Source: Myxococcota bacterium
Lineage (GTDB): Bacteria > Myxococcota_A > UBA796 > CAJQPC01
Direction: 5' to 3'
Length of the DNA: 64,000 bases
NCBI GenBank assembly: GCA_036229005.1
Contig: JAZAMN010000032.1
Location: forward strand, 25,661 to 89,660
In this document: positions 56,700-64,000 of the stretch, piece by piece
Position numbering within the stretch: position 1 is the stretch's first letter
Layout: the number at the start of each line of letters is the position of its first letter
Translations under genes and position numbers: made by a program
The notes under the pieces: model-generated
The model's database searches: none
What the model was told of the DNA's origin: nothing
Seen by the model: only the letters and a program-made list of their open reading frames with translations

Positions 56700-58148
56700 T
56701 CAGACCGGAGCCGTCCGGCTGGAGCCGTTCAGGAGCTCGAGCTTGACGATGCTCAGGGCGCCATTGACCAGGCGCTTGAACTCGCTGGGGGTCGCCAGGT
56801 TCAGGGCGGTGCGGGCCATGAACTTGGGGCGGAAGTAGAACTTGCGGTGGGCGATCTTGAGCAGCTCCAGGATCTCCTCGCGGGAGAGGTGCTCCTCCCA
56901 GGCGGCGGGGACTTCCACCCCGCAGAGGGGGTCCTTCATGAGCTGGTCCCAGCAGTCCGCAGCCCAGAGGCCCTTCTTGGCGCCCTCCTCGAAGGAGTCG
57001 GTGCCGGGGTAGGGCGAGAACACGGCGAACACCGCGTAGTCGGCGTCCAGCTTGAGCATCTCGTCCAGGTTGCCCAGGGCCTCGTCCATGGAGCGCTCGT
57101 GGGGGCCGGCCAGCATGATGTAGGCCACGCTGCGCACGCCCTCTTCGCGGCACCACTTGAAGACGCGGTGGACGTCGTCGGTGTCGCAGTGCTTGCCCCA
57201 GGCGTCCAGGCCCTCGTTGTTGGCGGACTCGACGCCGAAGTGGATCTTGGTGCAGCCGGTCTCCGCGCAGCGGCGGATCTGCTCACGGGTGGTGCCCGCG
57301 ATGGTGGTCTTGTAGCCCCAGTCGAACTTGAGGCCGCGGCGCTCGATGGCGTCGCAGAACTTGAGCACCCACTGGCTGTTCGGGGTGAACAGGTCGTCGA
57401 TGAAGTGGACCTCCGTGATGCCCAGGGACAGGCAGTGCTCGATCTCATCCAGGATGTTGTCGATGTCCCGGATCCGGTACTGCTTCTTGTAGGTCAGGCA
57501 GAAGGGGCAGCTATGGGGGCAACCGCGGCTGGTGATGGCCGTGGTGTTCATGGGCTGCTTGGTGCCCGGCAGGTAGTAGTCCTGGTAGCGGATGCGGCTG
57601 CGATCCGGCCAGGGGTAGGCGTCCAGGCGCTTGGAGGACTTGCGCTCGGGGTTCTTGATGACCTCGTCGCCATCCTTGAACCAGACACCCTCGATGCCCT
57701 CGAAGCTCTTGCCCTGGTTGTAGGCCTCGACGATCTCCACGAAGGCGTCCTCGCCGTCGCCGTTGACGGTGGCGTCGATGCCCTTGAGCTGGATCGCGTA
57801 GTCCGGGAACATCGTGGCGTGGGGGCCGCCCAGCACGATGGTCGCGTTGGGGTTCAGCTTGCGGATGATGTTGATCGTCTGCTGAACGTCGGGCAGGGAG
57901 TGGGTGTAGGCCTCGACGCCGACCAGGTCCAGGGGGTAGCGCTTGAGCTCCGCCTCGAAGTCGGGGAAGTCCAGGTCGTCCACGACGGGATCGTAGACCT
58001 CGGCCTTGAAGCCCGTGCGCGCCTCGACGCTGGCCTGCACGTACTGCAGCCCCAGCGGCGGGAAGCAGTAGACGCCGTAGGCCATGGCCTTGGGGATGCC
58101 GGCCCAGATGCGGAGCTGCTCGGGGGGGTTGACGAGGGTGATGTCCAT
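56700..58148 (-). CDS. B12-binding-domain radical SAM protein
   Basis: PPLGL.Y, LGGPH, SRGCPHSCPFC (CxxxCxxC), FIDDLF, GVES, PYPGT. Confidence 0.92.
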   Translation of the reverse strand: MDITLVNPPEQLRIWAGIPKAMAYGVYCFPPLGLQYVQASVEARTGFKAEVYDPVVDDLDFPDFEAELKRYPLDLVGVEAYTHSLPDVQQTINIIRKLNPNATIVLGGPHATMFPDYAIQLKGIDATVNGDGEDAFVEIVEAYNQGKSFEGIEGVWFKDGDEVIKNPERKSSKRLDAYPWPDRSRIRYQDYYLPGTKQPMNTTAITSRGCPHSCPFCLTYKKQYRIRDIDNILDEIEHCLSLGITEVHFIDDLFTPNSQWVLKFCDAIERRGLKFDWGYKTTIAGTTREQIRRCAETGCTKIHFGVESANNEGLDAWGKHCDTDDVHRVFKWCREEGVRSVAYIMLAGPHERSMDEALGNLDEMLKLDADYAVFAVFSPYPGTDSFEEGAKKGLWAADCWDQLMKDPLCGVEVPAAWEEHLSREEILELLKIAHRKFYFRPKFMARTALNLATPSEFKRLVNGALSIVKLELLNGSSRTAPV

Positions 58149-58216
58149 GAGAACCTCAAGGCAGGGATCGCTTGGGACTTAGGTCCCGGGGCTGGTCGAA
58201 CTTGCGCATTCTACCG

Positions 58217-58828
58217 TCAAGACGCCGGGGAATCATCCCCCTTTGCGGCGGCGGCGGGGTCGTAGCGCTTGGACTTGAACAGGATGCCCCAGGGCACAAA
58301 GAGGGGAACCTGCTGGCGATAGAGGTCGTAGTCGGGGCCAAAGACCTCGACCAACTGGGGCTCCTGGATGGCCTGCTTCTCCCAAAGGCTGATCGAGAGC
58401 AGGATCGGCACCAGCACAAAGCAGAAGGTGGGCGAGCCCAGCGCGACGCCCACGGAGAGCACGCCGATGAGCTTGGGCCACACCGAGGGGTTGCGCGAGT
58501 AGGCGTAGATGCCGGAGACCACCAGCTTCTGGGTGCGGCCGGCCACGGGGGCGGGCGAGCCCTCGCCGCGGTTGACGAGCTGCTCGTAGATCACCAGCCA
58601 GGCGATGACGGCGCCCAGGAACATGCCGCCGGCCACGAAGTAGTTCACGGGCGCATCCGGCATCAGCCAGTCCGGCCAGCCGATGCGCTGATCCAGCTTG
58701 ATCGCGAGCAGGGAGATCGCGAAGGTGAAGGGGAAGAGCACCGGGATGTAGACCTTGGTGACCATGCCCAGGATGGCGGGCGAGAAGGCGGTCTTGATCA
58801 CGCTGCTGGCGGTGGTGGTCTTGGCCAT
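58217..58828 (-). CDS. Isoprenylcysteine carboxyl / phospholipid methyltransferase family protein
   Basis: G.GSPAP...T.KLVVSG.YAYSRNP, EP.L...FG..Y..Y...VP. Confidence 0.85.
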   Translation of the reverse strand: MAKTTTASSVIKTAFSPAILGMVTKVYIPVLFPFTFAISLLAIKLDQRIGWPDWLMPDAPVNYFVAGGMFLGAVIAWLVIYEQLVNRGEGSPAPVAGRTQKLVVSGIYAYSRNPSVWPKLIGVLSVGVALGSPTFCFVLVPILLSISLWEKQAIQEPQLVEVFGPDYDLYRQQVPLFVPWGILFKSKRYDPAAAAKGDDSPAS

Positions 58829-58866
58829 GCTTGATACTTCCCAGGGAGATTTGCAAGGGTACCCCC

Positions 58867-59571
58867 ATGTGGACGTGGATGACCATTGTGGCGGCCTGCG
58901 GCGGCGACCCTGTGCTGGAAGCCGCCAAGGCCGAGGCCGAGGCCGAAGCCCAGGGCGGAGCGCGCGGGAAGGCGCCCGCTGGGGTCACGCCAACGGTCAC
59001 CTCGTCGGGGCCCAGAGGTCCACAGGGGCCCAAGGGACCCAGCGGTCCAGCGGTGGGGATCCCCGCCCAGCCCGCACCCGGCATCCCCTCGGCTCCTGCC
59101 CCTGGCGTGGCCGGTGGAAGCGCACCCGGCGTCCCGGACGAGCCCACCCCCGGCGACCCCATGGAGCCGCCCCCCGGCGGACAGATCGGCGGCGGGGGAC
59201 AAGGCGGGCTGCCCACCCCGGAGGGCGAGACGGTGACCCTGCGCGGCGTGATCCGGGTGGAGGGATACAGCGGCGGGCCGCTCTACATCGACGTCTTTGA
59301 CGGGGACCACCGCGACCTGGCCGCCCAGAAGAAGCAGCGCATCTCCCTGGTCAGCCGCGCCAAGGTCGACGGCCCCGGGCCCTTCGAAGTCCAGCTCCCC
59401 GCCGACGACAAGCTCTGGCTGAGCGCCTACAACGACATCGACGGCGACGGGCGCCCCACGCGCAGCGAGCCCTTCTCCGAGTACCCCGGCAACCCCGTGT
59501 TCTCCGATGCGCTCCCCGCCGAGCTGGTCCTGGAGCTGTCCACCACCCACGCCCCCCGGGACGAGCCGTGA
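58867..59571 (+). CDS. Hypothetical Pro/Gly-rich lipoprotein
   Basis: MWTWMTIVAAC; C-terminal D.DGDG.P domain. Confidence 0.65.
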   Translation: MWTWMTIVAACGGDPVLEAAKAEAEAEAQGGARGKAPAGVTPTVTSSGPRGPQGPKGPSGPAVGIPAQPAPGIPSAPAPGVAGGSAPGVPDEPTPGDPMEPPPGGQIGGGGQGGLPTPEGETVTLRGVIRVEGYSGGPLYIDVFDGDHRDLAAQKKQRISLVSRAKVDGPGPFEVQLPADDKLWLSAYNDIDGDGRPTRSEPFSEYPGNPVFSDALPAELVLELSTTHAPRDEP

Positions 59572-60335
59572 AGCTGCGGGCGCTGATCCCCACGGCCGGG
59601 GCCCACGATCTGCTGCAGCGGGCGCTGGACTCGGTGGCGCCCTGGGACCCGCTGGTGGTCGACGACTCCCCCCACGGTCTGGGACTCTCCGGCGCCCTGC
59701 GCACCCCCGGCGGGCTGGGCTTCTCGCGGGCCGTCAACCTGGGCCTGGAGCGGCTGCAGGGGGAGGGAGCGGACTGGGTGCTGCTGCTCAACGACGACGC
59801 CCACCTCCTGGACAACTGCCTGCCCCAGCTCCTCTCTGCGCTGGATGGCGAACCCGAGGTGCGGCTGGTCGCGCCCCTGCTGGTGGGCCCCCGCGGCGTG
59901 GAGTCCGCCGGCCTGCGCTACAACCCCACGAGCGCCCGCCTGGTCCAGAACCGGCAGGTGCCGGACGGCCCCGTGGACGTGGACGCGCTCTCGGGCGCCT
60001 GCCTGCTGATGGACGCGACTCTGCGCTTTGATCCTGCCTTCTCCCACGCGATGGAGGACGTGGAGCTCAGCCTGCGGGTGCGTCAGTCGGGCGGTCGCTG
60101 CGTGCTGGTGCCGGGGGCGCGCTGCTGGCACCAGGGCGGCGGGACGATGCCCCGGGACTCGGCCCAGGCCCAGGAGCACGCTCTGCGAGGACACCTGCGC
60201 CTGCACAAGGGCCAGCCGCTGCGGCAGGGGCTGGCGACGGCCTACGCGCTGGGACAGGTGCTGCGAGAGGGCGGGGGGATCGCGCGCTTTGCGGCGATCG
60301 GGCGGGCCTTGCGGGGGCCGATGACGCCCCGTTGA
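59568..60335 (+). CDS. Glycosyltransferase family 2
   Basis: VVDDS, GFSRAVNLG, LLLNDD, SGACLL, EDVELSLR. Confidence 0.88.
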   Translation: MKLRALIPTAGAHDLLQRALDSVAPWDPLVVDDSPHGLGLSGALRTPGGLGFSRAVNLGLERLQGEGADWVLLLNDDAHLLDNCLPQLLSALDGEPEVRLVAPLLVGPRGVESAGLRYNPTSARLVQNRQVPDGPVDVDALSGACLLMDATLRFDPAFSHAMEDVELSLRVRQSGGRCVLVPGARCWHQGGGTMPRDSAQAQEHALRGHLRLHKGQPLRQGLATAYALGQVLREGGGIARFAAIGRALRGPMTPR

Positions 60336-60372
60336 CGCCCCCCGGTGAGCTTGGGAGCGGAGGTTGAACCCA

Positions 60373-63222
60373 ATGACCCTGCTCCTGATGCTCTCCGGCC
60401 TGGCCTGCACCCTGCTCCCCGGCGGCGGCGACACCCAAGAAGACCCCCTGAGCGACGCCCGCGAGGCCGCCCTGATGGCGCTCCACGAAGAGGCCGACGG
60501 CGCCCTGCAGGTGCGCTTTGAAGACGGGCTGCCCGTCAACCTGACCCTGTCCTCGCCGGTGGACGACAGCGTCGACGGGGTGTTGGACTGGGTGGCCAGC
60601 CAGGAGGTGATCTTCCGACTCCAGGAGGCTCCGGGCCTCTCCCTCCGGCTGCTGCGCCTGGTCCAGGACGAGGCGGGCGTGAGCCACTACCACTTTGGGC
60701 TGGCGCTGGATGGGCTGCCGCTGGACCAGGGGGAGCTGAGCTTCACGGTCGTGGACGGGCGACTGACCGAGTATTCCGGGTCCTATCGCCTGGTCACGGG
60801 GGACCAACAGGAGCCGGCTCTGTCCCAGTGGGAGGCTGCGGAGCTCACCAAAGCCACCCTGTGGGAGCAGAACGACTGGTGGAGCCTGGATCCCACCGGC
60901 GAGGCCCGGCTGTCCTTTGTGCTGGTCGATGACCCGGAGTCCCCGGCGAAGACGGCCACCATGGCGTGGACCTGGACCGTGCACGCCCTGGACGCGGAGG
61001 GCGAGGCCTGGGCCTTTGTGTCGGTGGACGCGATGACGGGGGCCGTGCTGGACACCCGCTGGGAGCGGGCGGAGGAGATGGACATCCAGATCATCGACGC
61101 CAAGGGCAGCAGCAGCAGCGTGTGCTGGTACCCGGTGATCTCGTGGAGCCGGATCTGGACGGCCCGCACGGTGTGTACGGAGAGCGGCTGCGACTCGGGG
61201 GCGCACCAGGACGCGGTGGACGCCCAGGCCGACAACGACCGCATGTGGACCTACCTGGACCAGACGCACTGGCGGAACTCCTACGACCACAACGGCGCCC
61301 AGATGGAGACGGTGGTGCGCTCGGACCCGGGGGACAAGGGCGACAACGCCTGGTTCTCGCCGGGGTGTGACCACACGGTGTTCACGGAGGGCATGGTGAC
61401 CACGGACATCACGGGGCACGAGTGGGGGCACGCGATCGACGAGCACAGCGCGAAGCTGGTCTACAAGGGCGAGTCCGGGGCGATCGACGAGCACCTGGCC
61501 GACATTCGCGGGGTGTTCCTGGAGTGGGCCCGCGAGGGCGCCTATGACCCCGAGATGGCCGAGGACAGCGCGCTGGGGCGGATCCGGCACATGGGCGATC
61601 CCAGCCTGGAGGGCCAGCCGGAGCACTGGAGCGGCTACTTTGTGTGCGCGGACGATGCGACCTGCTCCAAAGACGTCAAGCCGGAGAAGTGGGACAGCGT
61701 CGACGTCCACACCAACAGCGGCATCCTGAACATGGCCTTCCACCTGCTGATCGCGGGCGGCGTGCACCCCTCCAGCAACCTGCGGGTGGACCCGGTGGAC
61801 CCCACGCGCCTGATCCGCGTGATGCACCGCACCCACGTCTCCCGCCTACGCTCCAACGCCACCTTCGTGGACTACCGCCAGGGCATGCTCGCCGAGGCCA
61901 GGCTCCAGAGCTGGAGCGCCGACGAGCTCTGCCAGCTCACCAACGCCTTCGCCGCCGTGGGCGTGGGCGACCCCGACTACGACTGCGACGGCGTGCTGGA
62001 CCCCCTGAACGAGGGAGACTCCGACAACGACGGGATCGGCGACGACGTGGACAACTGCGAGTGGGACGCCAACCCCAGCCAGGTGGACCTGGACGGCGAT
62101 GGCGAGGGGGATCTGTGCGACGCGGACGACGACGGTGACGGCTTCGACGACGACGTGGACCTCTGCCCGGAGCTGGCCTCCGCGGCCAACGACGACAGCG
62201 ACGGGGATGGCCTGGGCGATGCCTGCGAAGACAACGACCGCGACGGCATCGTCAACGAGCTGGACAACTGCCCGGAGTATATCAACGGGTCCCAGGTCGA
62301 CCTGGACGGCGACGGCGTGGGCGACCCCTGCGACGACGACCGGGACGGCGACGGCTACGACAACGGCCCCGACGTCTGCCCCAACCTCTACGACCTGGAC
62401 CAGGCCGACTTCAACGGCGACGGGCGCGGCGACGCCTGCACGGACCACGACGGGGACGGGATCCTGGACCAGGACGATCGCTGCCCCAACACCCGGGATC
62501 CGGACCCCGTCGACCTGGACGGAGACGGCCTGTGGTCCTGCGAGGACGAGGACGATGACGGCGACGGCTGGCTGGACACCGAAGACACCTGCCCCTTCGT
62601 CTACGACAAGTCCAACGCCGACACGGACGAAGACGGCCGCGGCGACGTCTGCGACGCCTGCCCCGAAGACGCCGACCCCTTCCCCAGGGACCTGGACGGG
62701 GACGGCACCTCCGACGCCTGCGACCCCTACTTCGACCTGCGCCAGCCCCTGGACGTGGACGTGCGCTGCGCCCTGTGGTCCTCCAACGTGGACGCCTGCA
62801 TGAGCGGCGTGGCCGAGTACGACCAGGACACCCTCATCTGGGGCGCCGTGGGCGCGTGGACCGGAGACCTGTTCCACGCCGGCGCGGTCCCCGGGGCCAT
62901 CCCCCTGCCCGTGTGCGTGAAGGACTGCCCCGACCACCTCAGCGAGAGCTGGAGCGTTCAGGTCACCAGCAGCGTGCCCTTCAACCACCAGCTCCTCATC
63001 CTGGACCAGGACAGCCACATCGTCGCCAAGGCCACCCCCGACCCCGACGAGAGCGCCCTGGTCCAGACCGCCCGCTTCCAGCCCGGCGCGGCCTCCCGCT
63101 CCGTGGTGGACGGCCAGGACCTCTCCACCCGCAGCTACTGGGCCGTCGTGGTCCCGGACGCGGAGAGCGGCGGCACCATCCACCAGGTGGAGCTGGGCAT
63201 CGAGGCCGGCCTGGACCGCTGA
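60373..63222 (+). CDS. M4 (thermolysin-family) metallopeptidase with thrombospondin type-3 repeats
   Basis: HEWGH, GAIDEHLAD, VHTNSGI; many D.DGDG.GD.CD / DNCP repeats. Confidence 0.9.
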   Translation: MTLLLMLSGLACTLLPGGGDTQEDPLSDAREAALMALHEEADGALQVRFEDGLPVNLTLSSPVDDSVDGVLDWVASQEVIFRLQEAPGLSLRLLRLVQDEAGVSHYHFGLALDGLPLDQGELSFTVVDGRLTEYSGSYRLVTGDQQEPALSQWEAAELTKATLWEQNDWWSLDPTGEARLSFVLVDDPESPAKTATMAWTWTVHALDAEGEAWAFVSVDAMTGAVLDTRWERAEEMDIQIIDAKGSSSSVCWYPVISWSRIWTARTVCTESGCDSGAHQDAVDAQADNDRMWTYLDQTHWRNSYDHNGAQMETVVRSDPGDKGDNAWFSPGCDHTVFTEGMVTTDITGHEWGHAIDEHSAKLVYKGESGAIDEHLADIRGVFLEWAREGAYDPEMAEDSALGRIRHMGDPSLEGQPEHWSGYFVCADDATCSKDVKPEKWDSVDVHTNSGILNMAFHLLIAGGVHPSSNLRVDPVDPTRLIRVMHRTHVSRLRSNATFVDYRQGMLAEARLQSWSADELCQLTNAFAAVGVGDPDYDCDGVLDPLNEGDSDNDGIGDDVDNCEWDANPSQVDLDGDGEGDLCDADDDGDGFDDDVDLCPELASAANDDSDGDGLGDACEDNDRDGIVNELDNCPEYINGSQVDLDGDGVGDPCDDDRDGDGYDNGPDVCPNLYDLDQADFNGDGRGDACTDHDGDGILDQDDRCPNTRDPDPVDLDGDGLWSCEDEDDDGDGWLDTEDTCPFVYDKSNADTDEDGRGDVCDACPEDADPFPRDLDGDGTSDACDPYFDLRQPLDVDVRCALWSSNVDACMSGVAEYDQDTLIWGAVGAWTGDLFHAGAVPGAIPLPVCVKDCPDHLSESWSVQVTSSVPFNHQLLILDQDSHIVAKATPDPDESALVQTARFQPGAASRSVVDGQDLSTRSYWAVVVPDAESGGTIHQVELGIEAGLDR

Positions 63223-63347
63223 GTCAGTCCAGGCGCAGCTCCACCTCGTTGTAGCACATCGGGGGGAGCACCCAGGGCGGGTCGAACTGGGAGACCGTGA
63301 CTGCGGGATTGCAGCCCTTCGGGGTAGGGTCTCGCCAAGGGAGCCCC

Positions 63348-63740
63348 ATGTCCAAGAAGCTGATCACCGCCCTGAGCGCCGGACTCACCCTGGCGGTCGC
63401 CGGCGGCTGCGGTCCCAAGAGCGACGGCCCCACCGAGAACCCGCCGGCTCCGGAGCCCGTCAAGCCGCAGCCCCCGACGAACCCGCCCCCGCCGGACACC
63501 CTCGAGGTCCCGACGCCGCCGCCGCTGCCCACCTGGGAGCAGGCCGTGAACCCCACCAACCCGGACGGCACGCCGGACGCCCCGCGCACCAACCCGCCCG
63601 TACCCGCGCTGCGCACCGACGCCGACGGGCGCTGCTACGTGGTCTGGTACGGCGCCCGGCGCGGCCCGCCGACCGGTCCCTACGACCCCGTCGCAGAGGG
63701 GGGCGCCGAGATCCAGTGTCCGCCCGACAAAACCGAGTAG
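63348..63740 (+). CDS. Hypothetical Pro-rich lipoprotein (NPP motifs), paralog 1
   Basis: MSKKLITALSAGLTLAVAGGC; GGGAG RBS. Confidence 0.7.
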   Translation: MSKKLITALSAGLTLAVAGGCGPKSDGPTENPPAPEPVKPQPPTNPPPPDTLEVPTPPPLPTWEQAVNPTNPDGTPDAPRTNPPVPALRTDADGRCYVVWYGARRGPPTGPYDPVAEGGAEIQCPPDKTE

Positions 63741-63762
63741 TCTGAGCGCTGCAGGGAGCCCC

Positions 63763-64000
63763 ATGGCCAAGAAGATCATCACCGCCCTGAGCGCCGGCCT
63801 CACCCTGGCCGTCGCCAGCGGCTGCGGCTCCAAGACCGACGGCCCCACCGAGAACCCGCCGCCCCCCGAGCCGGTCAATGTGGAGCCCGGGCCCCAACCC
63901 CCCCCCGGGTCCACCCCGCCCCCCAGGGGCCCGGGGGGGGCCCCCCCCCCCCCCGGCCGGGGCCCCGGGCGCCCGCCCCCCCCCCCCCCCCCGCCCCCCC
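63763..64000 (+). CDS. Tandem paralog 2, partial (3' sequence looks low quality)
   Basis: MAKKIITALSAGLTLAVASGC...TENPP closely copies paralog 1. Confidence 0.6.
   Translation, partial: MAKKIITALSAGLTLAVASGCGSKTDGPTENPPPPEPVNVEPGPQPPPGSTPPPRGPGGAPPPPGRGPGRPPPPPPPPP

Noticed and set aside
61975..62730. GACGGCGAC-rich repeats as a DNA repeat element
   Set aside because: They are explained by thrombospondin type-3 Ca-binding repeats in the M4 peptidase.
63895..64000. Poly-C/G low-complexity tract as a biological repeat or G-quadruplex
   Set aside because: It abruptly degrades a coding paralog at the window end and is most likely low-quality sequence.

Overview
This is a high-GC bacterial chromosomal window, probably Myxococcota (MYXO-CTERM-like tails, several Ser/Thr kinases, many lipoproteins). 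It holds about 60 genes, mostly accessory, signalling or envelope related. No rRNA, tRNA or CRISPR was seen. Main points of interest: (1) a RAYT/Y1 HUH transposase with a C-terminal HTH, associated with two copies of an unusual ~260-bp element made of head-to-head arrays of 31-bp two-box repeats; the copies bracket RAYT + LysR + dehydrogenase; (2) a Clp-type double AAA+ ATPase fused to an RF2-like release-factor module that lacks GGQ and SPF; (3) an array of seven paralogous lipoprotein genes interrupted by a lower-GC V8/trypsin-like protease and showing recent duplication and mosaicism; (4) a lower-GC ABC-ATPase/TOPRIM-like fusion, a candidate defence gene; (5) an intergenic cluster of DnaA-box-like sites; (6) window-wide signals of ultrashort lipoprotein signal peptides and of leaderless promoters. 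All product calls come from motif recognition by eye, with no database search.
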